The notes: generated by a model from the sequence alone, not told the origin. A DNA stretch of 64,000 bases from a virus (IMGVR_UViG_3300031994_000061:1-64000); one strand, 5' to 3'. Counted from the first letter of the stretch, positions 17,337 to 25,785 are shown. Numbers and translations: made by a program.

Positions 17337-18059
17337 ATGAGACAAATTAGAATTGAAAAAACGTCGGTAGAGCGCACCCCCGAATTAGCCGCCTACCTTG
17401 CAACAATCGCTAACTTTCCTATTCTGACTATTGAGCAGGAAATTGACCTTGCACTTGCAGCGCAGGATGGAAACAAGCAGGCTAAGGATATGCTGGTTAA
17501 TTGCAACCTTCGCTTTGTTGTATCAATCGCCAAGCAGTACAATTATTGTCGTGGCTCACTCACTATCTTAGACCTTGTTAATGAGGGCAATCTCGGACTG
17601 ATTGCAGCCGTTGACACCTTCGACACCACTAAGGGTTTTAAGTTCATTAGTCATGCGGTATTCAGCATCCGCAAGTATATCATGTTGGCTATCACTCACA
17701 CATCACGCATCGTCGCTGACTATCACCCTACATCTGCCAACACCCACACATCACTTGATGCTCCAGCCTACGACGATTCAGACACAACCCTTGCAGACGT
17801 TTATTGTCAGCATTTCGATAAGGAGTCAGATGCAAGCCTATTGACTGACATCCTGCGTGCCATGCGTGCAATACTCAATCAAAGGGAAATAATCATCGTG
17901 CGCAACCTATTCGGCATTGAGACCATGCCAGTATCTAAGTTCATTATTGCGGAACGTCTCGGACTTACTGAGGAACGTGTACGCCAAATCTCGGAAAAAG
18001 CTATCAACAAGCTAAAGGAAAGCCCAAAGGTTATGGCTTTGCTGGTTAAATATATCTAA
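17337..18059 (+). CDS. RNA polymerase sigma-70 family factor (RpoD-like, variant)
   Basis: region 2.1 NLRFVVSIAKQY; 2.2-2.3 DLVNEGNLGLIAAVDTFDTTKGFKF; region 4 HTH LGLTEERVRQI. Confidence 0.92.
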   Translation: MRQIRIEKTSVERTPELAAYLATIANFPILTIEQEIDLALAAQDGNKQAKDMLVNCNLRFVVSIAKQYNYCRGSLTILDLVNEGNLGLIAAVDTFDTTKGFKFISHAVFSIRKYIMLAITHTSRIVADYHPTSANTHTSLDAPAYDDSDTTLADVYCQHFDKESDASLLTDILRAMRAILNQREIIIVRNLFGIETMPVSKFIIAERLGLTEERVRQISEKAINKLKESPKVMALLVKYI

Positions 18060-18074
18060 GCCAGCAATACCCAG

Positions 18075-18109
18075 CACGAAAGACCTACCCTAACAAGGTA
18101 GGTTTTTTT
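18075..18109 (+). terminator. intrinsic terminator (CACGAAAGACCTA family)
   Basis: near-identical to 17008-17042. Confidence 0.85.
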
Positions 18110-18794
18110 ATTGTACTGAAACAAGTACAAGCAAGCTATCCTGCCAGCACATCTTGAACCATATACACATGATGCTCACAAATGCCCCTAAAATCGCTCC
18201 TAAGCGCATAACACCACCTTTGTGGATATGTTACCCACCCACACCCAAAACAAGCCAGCAGGGACGATTTATGCAGGCTCCCACACGCAGGCAATAATTG
18301 TACATATATGCTGGTAGTCATGCCCAGCACCCCACAACCAAGCACCTTAATATACGTTATGTCTATGTTATATATGCGAAGCATACATAACGTAGCCATA
18401 ACACTATATTACACCTACAACCCAGCAAATAAGCCAGCCTGCCAGCATTCCCAGCCTGCAACCTACAACCCAGCACCCCTTAATATGTTATTAAGACCCT
18501 GCAAGAAAATATAGCCATGTAAAATCTTTTTACCATCACTAAGCTGATATACTATATAGGGCATTAGTTTGTAAAGATTTATTACTTTTGAATTATACGT
18601 ATAAAAACCTGCATCCACCTGCATCAGTTTCCGTATCTTTGTACCTGCAAACCCAATTGCAGGGTGTAAGAAAACTTTTTTCATAAAAAACGTTAAATTC
18701 TTTGGTTATTATTTGGAAATGTCGTAACTTTGCAGCGTGAAATTGAATTTCACACCACAATTAACACTATTAATAAACAAAATTTTTTAGCTCT

Positions 18795-19382
18795 ATGGCA
18801 AACCAAGTTGTAAGAGTAACCACACTCAAAGAGATGGTAGAGATTTTGAAAGCCGCTAAGTTGGGCGGTCAGTTTGTAACCCTGTATGCGGAGGTAGGCA
18901 TTAAGCTTAACAAGTACCCTACCGACGGCAGCGAGAAAATTCACATTGATACTCTGGATTTTCATCCCACCAACCGCTATCATGTTAACTATCAATTCGG
19001 CATCGACTACGAACGTGCCATGTCTAAGGCTTTGGGCGAAGATTACACCAAAGGCGGCAACGATAACATTGAGACCCTTATCCCTAATCTGCTGATGCGC
19101 TACAAGTCCACTAACAACCCCTGCATCATCTACATGAACGGCACTAACTACGCTGATGGTAAGTTCAACAACGGACTGCCCTACACCGAGGAGGACGAAC
19201 AGACCGAGAAACGTTACACGTCTAAGGCATCTAAGACCTACGCACCCGTAGAGTATCGCACCGTCAGTGTTCGCAACGTGACACGTCTCACTGCCAACCA
19301 CACCACCTACGAAATTGCTATCACCGATTTCGACTACGAACCCGAACCTGCCTATGCAGTAGCCGTAGCCGCAGCCTACTAA
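18795..19382 (+). CDS. conserved phage hypothetical protein
   Basis: ORF track, 195 aa, promoter at 18725, C-ending codon bias. Confidence 0.8.
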   Translation: MANQVVRVTTLKEMVEILKAAKLGGQFVTLYAEVGIKLNKYPTDGSEKIHIDTLDFHPTNRYHVNYQFGIDYERAMSKALGEDYTKGGNDNIETLIPNLLMRYKSTNNPCIIYMNGTNYADGKFNNGLPYTEEDEQTEKRYTSKASKTYAPVEYRTVSVRNVTRLTANHTTYEIAITDFDYEPEPAYAVAVAAAY

Positions 19383-19403
19383 ACAATAGCACGCTGCAAG
19401 TTA

Positions 19404-19439
19404 CACGAAAGACCTATCCCGAAACGGATAGGTTTTTTT
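19404..19439 (+). terminator. intrinsic terminator (CACGAAAGACCTA family)
   Basis: GACCTATCC-CGAAAC-GGATAGGTT plus T tract. Confidence 0.85.
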
Positions 19440-19659
19440 GTGCCTATTCGCCAGGAATCCTGGCAATACACACACGCACGTATGCACAACCAACCACAAC
19501 CATACACGAAAAATCAAATTTAAGGGCATTTCCTTGCCCGTCAGGCGCATTTCACCCTTCGAAGGTATAACTATAAGGGTACACCCTAAACAAACGCTCT
19601 GACAAGCCTAATTTTAGCTTGTATTAAATTGATATACAATAGGTTATGCGAAAATTCTT

Positions 19660-19900
19660 TACAACGAAATATATATACTATATAGGGGATAAAAAATCTT
19701 TACATCGGCAGGGTGTGGCAGGGGATACCCCCCACCTATGTCCCCCCGCCCCCTGCCCCCACATTTTGACACATATATGGCTGGGACAGTTTGCTAAATA
19801 AAATTTCGGAAAAATTTTTGTGTAATCCAGGAATGGGTGGCCATTTCTTTTTTTCTCATTGGAGTCCCAGAAAAAAAATTCTGGAAAAAAAATTTGGTTA
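19660..19900. other. candidate replication origin or genome terminus/packaging region
   Basis: G/C homopolymer block (GGGGATACCCCCC, TCCCCCCGCCCCCTGCCCCC) followed by phased A/T tracts; + strand switches from C-rich to G/T-rich. Confidence 0.45.
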
Positions 19901-19945
19901 TTTTATTAAGTGGGTTGTTATTTATATACATAATATATTAATGGT

Positions 19946-20824
19946 ATGATTCTAAATGTTAGAGAAAATAATAGGAAAGTATACATTACTGAGGGTCAAT
20001 GCAGGTTAATCATGGAATATTATGGTCTGCCCAATAATATTGATGATGTTGTTGACTTTATAATTGGTAAGGTAAATCAAATGTGGGGTAATGGGGATTA
20101 TGATTCGTTTACCATTCCATTCAATGGTCTTCCTTTTGGCTACTTAGAGGTGCGTCCAACCACCATGAATCTTCGTGCTTCTTATGCCATACCTCCGATT
20201 TATCTTAATAAGCCATGTGTTATTTTCATCAATCCAGATAGAGTATTAAATGGTGAAAATGAAGAAGGTTATACTTTTCATGCTACGTTGGTTCATGAGT
20301 TGACTCATATGATTGAGGACATTGGCAGGAGGGGTAGTAGTGAGAATGGTCTTGGTGATGAAATGACTAGGATTGGTCACATGAAGGCTTTTGACAATGT
20401 TATTAAGAATGGTGTGTTGAGGGATGATAACAAGTCATACAGTTCTATTGAGAAGGCTGTAAACAGGGTTATATATCATGGTGTTGGTTTTGAGAGGAAT
20501 GCCAGGAATGCTGCCATGTTCACCAAGTTAAAGGATTTGCCTGCTGGTAGTATAAGGTCTTACGATGATGCCATTAGGTTCTTGCGTAGCACTGGTGAGT
20601 ATTCTCGTTATGAGAGGTCTGTTGCTTGTGCTTTGTTTCTTGTTAATTTAACTGATGAGGCTGACCAGATGCGTGCCTTATATGCAGTTAGGCAGTGTTC
20701 TGATTACAGGTTTAAGAACTGGAACAGTTTTAGAAAGTGGTTGAAGCAGTTTATAAGGAGGTATGAGAACAAGATGAATGCCATTATTCCTAAGATGATA
20801 AATCATGTAATTAATGGTAATTAA
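19946..20824 (+). CDS. putative virion zincin-like metallopeptidase
   Basis: TLVHELTHMIED (HExxH); leader with ITE/IME motifs; TATTTATA upstream. Confidence 0.6.
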   Translation: MILNVRENNRKVYITEGQCRLIMEYYGLPNNIDDVVDFIIGKVNQMWGNGDYDSFTIPFNGLPFGYLEVRPTTMNLRASYAIPPIYLNKPCVIFINPDRVLNGENEEGYTFHATLVHELTHMIEDIGRRGSSENGLGDEMTRIGHMKAFDNVIKNGVLRDDNKSYSSIEKAVNRVIYHGVGFERNARNAAMFTKLKDLPAGSIRSYDDAIRFLRSTGEYSRYERSVACALFLVNLTDEADQMRALYAVRQCSDYRFKNWNSFRKWLKQFIRRYENKMNAIIPKMINHVINGN

Positions 20825-20855
20825 CCCCCGAATGAGAGGAAAGAAAAAAAAAGAA

Positions 20856-20884
20856 AGGAGACTCGTTATTGGGTCTCCTTTTAT
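20856..20884. terminator. bidirectional terminator between convergent genes
   Basis: AAAGGAGACTC-GTTATT-GGGTCTCCTTTT. Confidence 0.8.
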
Positions 20885-20888
20885 TGTA

Positions 20889-22211
20889 TTAAGCTGTTAC
20901 CTTACTCAATACTGGGATTGATTTCTTGAGTATTTTCTTTGCATCCTGTTCAATCCACTCTGGGATATAATCGTCTGACTTAATGAATGGAACGATTGAG
21001 TTGGCTGTCTTGAGTGCTTTCTCCACCCAATTGAGTTCTCCAAGGCATTCATCAATATGTTCCTTGATTTTATTGAACTTCTCTGAAGCCTCGTACTTCT
21101 CCAGGTTCTCTGGTGTGATGACTCGTTCCCACTTGCCGAGTGCATATCCGTTATCGAAGTATGCGACACCGTTTTCCAGTTTCGTCAGCTTATGTGGTCC
21201 GTAGTACTTATCGCTCCAGTAGATGTAGTACATCTGTCCAGGCTTTGCATTCTCATATTTGATGTGGACATCATTGAACTCAAGGAGTTCCACTCCGTTT
21301 GTTGAGTCCTTGGCTTCTGCTATCCTGTTCTCAAGTCTTTCCTTGAGGTTGGTGAGTGACTTGATTTTCTTAGTCTTAACTTTGTTGAAGTGCTCAACAG
21401 CCTCTTCCTTGGTTGTGAATCCTGTCCAGTCTCCTGGGGTTCTGTAGTCACCTTCCCTTTCGGTCTTTGATGTGGAGAGGTCTTTGTCGTTTACAAGGTA
21501 GTATTCCTTGATTTCGTTTGCTTCGTTGATGAGTTTAATCAGTGTCTTCTTATCTGGTGCGAAGACATACTTATCGTCTGATGTTTCTCTTCCACCAGAA
21601 ATCATGAAGATGCCCTTGTTCTTCTGGAACTTTCCTGTTGCGCAGAATGTATACGTCTCATTGTCGTAGAGTGGTTGTTCATACACGCCATTATTATTTT
21701 TATCAACGACGAATATCTTCTTGCCAGAAGGTGACTTACCAGCGAACTTGAGAATGGAGATATTGTTATTTCTATCAACGACGTATGCATCATCTGGGTT
21801 CTCCAGTTCTGGAATATCATCCACTGAGAGCTTCTTGACTTTCTTGGGTTTGGGGTTATAGATACCAAGGTGTTTGATGATTTCCAGGTTCTTGTCCTCA
21901 GTCTCAGTCCAACCGACGTATTGGAGAATATCCTTGTCATCAGTGTTAAGGTTGTCGTAGACCTCTTTCAGTTCATTTTCCTTGAGGTCAACCAGTTTAT
22001 ACGTGCATGTGTCGATATGTTCTCCTCTATCATTCTGGTAATAGGAGTAGACAATGAGCACCATGTTGATGTCAAGTGACACTGCGAAATAGGTATCGTA
22101 GCCACTTTTATAGTTGTATGTGCCTACGAATTTGGTGGTGGTGAGTTTACCCTTCTTGGAGTTTTTCATTACCACGTCACCGATTTTGTTGATAAGTTCT
22201 TCTTTTTTCAT
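20889..22211 (-). CDS. hypothetical protein (440 aa)
   Basis: ORF track; long ORF with no recognised motif. Confidence 0.85.
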   Translation of the reverse strand: MKKEELINKIGDVVMKNSKKGKLTTTKFVGTYNYKSGYDTYFAVSLDINMVLIVYSYYQNDRGEHIDTCTYKLVDLKENELKEVYDNLNTDDKDILQYVGWTETEDKNLEIIKHLGIYNPKPKKVKKLSVDDIPELENPDDAYVVDRNNNISILKFAGKSPSGKKIFVVDKNNNGVYEQPLYDNETYTFCATGKFQKNKGIFMISGGRETSDDKYVFAPDKKTLIKLINEANEIKEYYLVNDKDLSTSKTEREGDYRTPGDWTGFTTKEEAVEHFNKVKTKKIKSLTNLKERLENRIAEAKDSTNGVELLEFNDVHIKYENAKPGQMYYIYWSDKYYGPHKLTKLENGVAYFDNGYALGKWERVITPENLEKYEASEKFNKIKEHIDECLGELNWVEKALKTANSIVPFIKSDDYIPEWIEQDAKKILKKSIPVLSKVTA

Positions 22212-22215
22212 TGTC

Positions 22216-22566
22216 TTATTCGTTATTATTTGTTTGGCTTAGATGTACTGGATTTTGGCATGATGCTGTATGAGTGACAGTTGTTGTCACGCCTCCACGA
22301 GAGTCACCAGTGTATGATGTTGTCATAATGTACTCGCATCCGTCATACTTGATGATGTAGACCTTGGTGGTTGCTGTTGACCACTTGTCGATGACTCCAA
22401 TCTCTGTGAAGAAAGTGGAATCATTGAACTGTACCTTTTCCTTTGCCTTATATGGGCTTAGGGTTTCCTTGTTTGCGTCTTCGCATGATGCTGCTGTAAA
22501 GAGTGTAAATGCGAATACTATTACCAACAGTGGCAGGAGGAATGGATTTCTAAAAATCTTTTTCAT
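22216..22566 (-). CDS. putative lipoprotein
   Basis: hydrophobic N-terminus ending TAASC; YDGCEYI motif. Confidence 0.65.
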   Translation of the reverse strand: MKKIFRNPFLLPLLVIVFAFTLFTAASCEDANKETLSPYKAKEKVQFNDSTFFTEIGVIDKWSTATTKVYIIKYDGCEYIMTTSYTGDSRGGVTTTVTHTASCQNPVHLSQTNNNE

Positions 22567-22568
22567 TG

Positions 22569-23597
22569 TTATAGCTTTTTTAGTTCATTTATCTTAACCT
22601 GTTCAGCCTTTATTTTATTCTTGATGGCAGCTATTGCCAGTTTCTTTGCCTCATCTTTTTCTAGGCACAGTACGAAGTCGCTGTAGGACTTATGTTCATT
22701 ATCGCTTCTAAGTGCCACACCAGGGAAGAGTAATTGTCTAACCTTCGTAGCCTTTGCTTCCTGTTTTGTCACATAAAACGAGAAGGAATATCCACAGAAG
22801 ACAGCACAGATACATTTCTCAAGGTCATATCCAAGGCTTTCCTTGGATACATATTCAGCATTAGTTATAGCCTTTAATGTACCAGACTTGGTGTTAACTA
22901 GATATACTGGTACTGTAAGTTTCTTGAACGTCTCACCCTTTATAGCGAACTTATACAGGTCTCCGAAGGTAAGCTTGCTCCTTTCTTTAAACACTGGAGG
23001 TTCTCCGCTTAGTTCAACAACATATTTCTTGATGTACTTTTCAAGCTCCTGTCTAGTTAGTTCCCCCAACTCATCTGGCATATCGATACCATATTCATCA
23101 GAAAACACACTTCCACGTTCCACACGTCTTTGTCTCTTCCAGTTTGGTTTTTTAACGAGTTCGCCAACACTAACTTCAAGCTTATTGGGTCTGTAATCCT
23201 GTGGTGTTGTCTGGTTGGACACATACAAGGACACGTTATTACGTTTCAAGTAAGCATGAATAAGGTTTCCTGGCTTGCCTTCCTTCTTGTAGAGTGTGAA
23301 ACCGCATGACTCAAGGAATTTGATAACGTTATTGAATGCGGTATCAAGGTAAACTGGCATGTACTGTATGGTGGTTCTAAGTTCTGTCAGTTCCTCGTCT
23401 GTGAGGTTATAGTAGTGTTCCTGCTTGAACAGCCTACTGTAGACGTATTCTGGCTTCGCTCCCCATCTTGACTTGAATGGGCTGTGATATACATAACCGC
23501 CACAGTCTTTACCCTTGTACATATGGAGTGGCTGCTCATATGGCAGACTATTCACCCAGTCATATACGTTATTGAAGTATGGTACAATATTGCTCAT
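22569..23597 (-). CDS. hypothetical protein (342 aa)
   Basis: ORF track. Confidence 0.8.
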   Translation of the reverse strand: MSNIVPYFNNVYDWVNSLPYEQPLHMYKGKDCGGYVYHSPFKSRWGAKPEYVYSRLFKQEHYYNLTDEELTELRTTIQYMPVYLDTAFNNVIKFLESCGFTLYKKEGKPGNLIHAYLKRNNVSLYVSNQTTPQDYRPNKLEVSVGELVKKPNWKRQRRVERGSVFSDEYGIDMPDELGELTRQELEKYIKKYVVELSGEPPVFKERSKLTFGDLYKFAIKGETFKKLTVPVYLVNTKSGTLKAITNAEYVSKESLGYDLEKCICAVFCGYSFSFYVTKQEAKATKVRQLLFPGVALRSDNEHKSYSDFVLCLEKDEAKKLAIAAIKNKIKAEQVKINELKKL

Positions 23598-23678
23598 TTT
23601 TGGAAATACAATTTTAAACTATAAGTTGTGTAGTTTGTTAATAACCATCAACAAATTGTCTTAAAATATCAGCTTCTG

Positions 23679-23978
23679 TCATTTTTTTACGTAATCTGGT
23701 TTACCTAATTGGATTCTGAATTTCTGTGCGCACTCCTGGCAGAGGAATTGATTACCCTTGTCAGTGATAATCAGATACATATAGTCTTCGTCCTTGAAGG
23801 GTTTCTCACAGTTGAAACACTTGGTCTGTTTCAAATGCCAAGAGAGGCAATGCTTAACTGCCATGTGATGAAAGTCTCCGTAGTTGAATCTAACACCATT
23901 CTCTGGTGCTACGTCTTCGACTGTGTATGTAGTGGTAGTGACCTTTACAATCTTTGGGAGTTCGTTACAATCTTTCAT
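23679..23978 (-). CDS. small zinc-finger-like protein
   Basis: CFNC...CQEC cysteine pairs. Confidence 0.65.
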   Translation of the reverse strand: MKDCNELPKIVKVTTTTYTVEDVAPENGVRFNYGDFHHMAVKHCLSWHLKQTKCFNCEKPFKDEDYMYLIITDKGNQFLCQECAQKFRIQLGKPDYVKK

Positions 23979-24304
23979 ATGATTTTCTTTTTATTGATTA
24001 CTTTACCGTCAAATGACTTGTCATAGGGGATTGCTTCTTTCTCATGAATAAAGACAATTCCAGCTGATACTGGTATTTCCTCGTCTCCGCTTTCCCACAG
24101 TTTCTCGCATAGGTAGTAAGGTGGGTATAGTTTTGTCACCCTAAATTTGGCATTGGGGTGTGTTACTAGTATTCTGGTAATGCGGGTGTTATTAGGAAAT
24201 CTCTCATTAATTTCCTTTTTTGTCCTAATTCCAGAGTAGTACACATCCTTTGTATTTTCCATTGAGCCATCAAAGGAAATCAAGTCACATACTTTATACT
24301 TCAT
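23975..24304 (-). CDS. hypothetical protein
   Basis: ORF track, 109 aa, overlaps neighbour by 4 nt. Confidence 0.7.
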   Translation of the reverse strand: MKYKVCDLISFDGSMENTKDVYYSGIRTKKEINERFPNNTRITRILVTHPNAKFRVTKLYPPYYLCEKLWESGDEEIPVSAGIVFIHEKEAIPYDKSFDGKVINKKKII

Positions 24305-24305
24305 G

Positions 24306-24713
24306 TTATTGTATATTTACTTTTTTCATTATAGCCCTATCCTTAAACATCGTAGACACCTCAAACCCAACGCTTTGATAGAGTTTTATCAGTGCTCCAA
24401 GTTCTATACCTCTTCCTGGCTTCGCCACTAGCACCATATTCTTGTTTGAATAGAGTTGTAGGACATATTCCAGTATTCTCTTACCGTAGCCCCGTCTTCT
24501 GTAGCAGAGTCCAGTGTTAAAGTCCCAGAGTGCCACACATGGTCTCCCATTTGCTGTAAGTTCTGCCAGCACACCATCGTGTGGGAAGTCGTTTTTAACT
24601 TCTTCTACGATGATTGCTGACATAACTTCATTTGTGGACACATTCCTTAGATTAATATTCTTATACCCAAAGGAACTATTCGTTGTTATTGTGAAATAGA
24701 ATTCCTCGTTCAT
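24306..24713 (-). CDS. GNAT family acetyltransferase
   Basis: YRRRGYGKRIL motif A; LIKLYQSVGFE motif B. Confidence 0.8.
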   Translation of the reverse strand: MNEEFYFTITTNSSFGYKNINLRNVSTNEVMSAIIVEEVKNDFPHDGVLAELTANGRPCVALWDFNTGLCYRRRGYGKRILEYVLQLYSNKNMVLVAKPGRGIELGALIKLYQSVGFEVSTMFKDRAIMKKVNIQ

Positions 24714-25138
24714 TTGAGAAGATTTATCTGTCTGATGGATTCAGAGCAAGCACCGACAAGTTCGTCGTTGAAGAGTTTCTTTCTGATTAACGCCTTACCC
24801 TTTAGACTTGCGCTGTTATAGCCCCTTACAAGCCCCAACATCTTATTGAGTGGCTGTAGGTCAAGGGAAATCATTTCACGTCTTGTTGGTAATCTGTCAA
24901 CGCTTATAATGAACTTGTTAGCCCATGCTGGTTGATTTTCAGCTATGTTGGCGTAGATATGCTGTTCAGCAAACTCCTGGTCACCGAACTTTTCTGCCTT
25001 GTTGATGTCATCAGTAAGTTCGAAATCCCAGTACCACATTTTAATACCATCAACCATCTTGGCCTTCTGCACCATCTTCCTATAGTAGTTGACGGAATTA
25101 TTTTCTTTTGATACTAATTTAATTACGAAAATTGCCAT
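24710..25138 (-). CDS. hypothetical protein
   Basis: ORF track, 142 aa, promoter at 25159. Confidence 0.75.
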   Translation of the reverse strand: MAIFVIKLVSKENNSVNYYRKMVQKAKMVDGIKMWYWDFELTDDINKAEKFGDQEFAEQHIYANIAENQPAWANKFIISVDRLPTRREMISLDLQPLNKMLGLVRGYNSASLKGKALIRKKLFNDELVGACSESIRQINLLK

Positions 25139-25171
25139 AGTCTTATTAATTTTTGGTGCAAAGTTACAGAT

Positions 25172-25516
25172 TTATCTTGAAATAACCAAGGAAATTAACA
25201 TTAATACACATTTATTAAAGGTATTTGTTAACTGCCTGGTATCTTTCAAGGTCTCTTTGATATACATTATTTTCTCGATGATGTGCCTTTTTGCAAGCAT
25301 ATGACAGTTTTCTTTTGTGTCTGCGCAGAAAACGAATGAGTCTCCAACTATGTTGCAGAAGAAATTAGGGTTACTATACTCATACAGGATAACTTCATCC
25401 TTATTATCCAGTGTGATGAATGTATCGCCATCCATAGTTACCTTGTGAGTAACATTGAAAAGACCTTCATATTCCTTTACACCTCTCTTGAAGCTTATTA
25501 CGTATAATTTCTCCAT
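25172..25516 (-). CDS. hypothetical protein
   Basis: ORF track 25172-25564; start moved to MEKLY overlapping the upstream stop. Confidence 0.65.
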   Translation of the reverse strand: MEKLYVISFKRGVKEYEGLFNVTHKVTMDGDTFITLDNKDEVILYEYSNPNFFCNIVGDSFVFCADTKENCHMLAKRHIIEKIMYIKETLKDTRQLTNTFNKCVLMLISLVISR

Positions 25517-25785
25517 TACCGTAGATATTCGTCCAAACTGTTGTATGATGTATAAATCTTGCACAGACCATCAAGTCCGACAACAACATAGAAGAAGCTA
25601 TAGTTAGCTATATAGTTCATGAAGTTGTTACACTCATTATAACTCCCAACATCAAACGTAGTAACGCTATCATAAGTTGAGTTCATGGTTAGTTCGATAC
25701 GATAGCCACCGTTTTCGTATGGTGCTATTTCATACTTGTTGATGGTATCTGTCCTAAACCTTATTACTTTCTCACACTTTTTCAT
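25516..25785 (-). CDS. hypothetical protein
   Basis: ORF track, 89 aa. Confidence 0.65.
   Translation of the reverse strand: MKKCEKVIRFRTDTINKYEIAPYENGGYRIELTMNSTYDSVTTFDVGSYNECNNFMNYIANYSFFYVVVGLDGLCKIYTSYNSLDEYLR

Larger units (their letters stand above)
296..18732 (+). promoter_or_regulatory. 21 dispersed Bacteroidota sigma-A-type early promoters (-33 TTTG/TTGG, -7 TAnnTTTG), many with upstream AAAAAA(C/T)GTTAA box
   Basis: -7 boxes at 348, 1315, 2051, 2715, 3503, 4040, 4768, 5643, 6494, 7172, 8279, 9352, 10314, 11061, 11464, 12521, 13346, 14703, 15442, 17275, 18725; all lie just upstream of genes or a non-coding transcript; match the known Bacteroidota consensus. Confidence 0.9.

Noticed and set aside
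296-18732. CRISPR array or integron attC array from the recurring ~60-bp repeat
   Set aside because: The units are degenerate, irregularly spaced by whole genes and match promoter consensus; no cas or integrase gene, and no attC GTTRRRY/RYYYAAC boxes were recognised.
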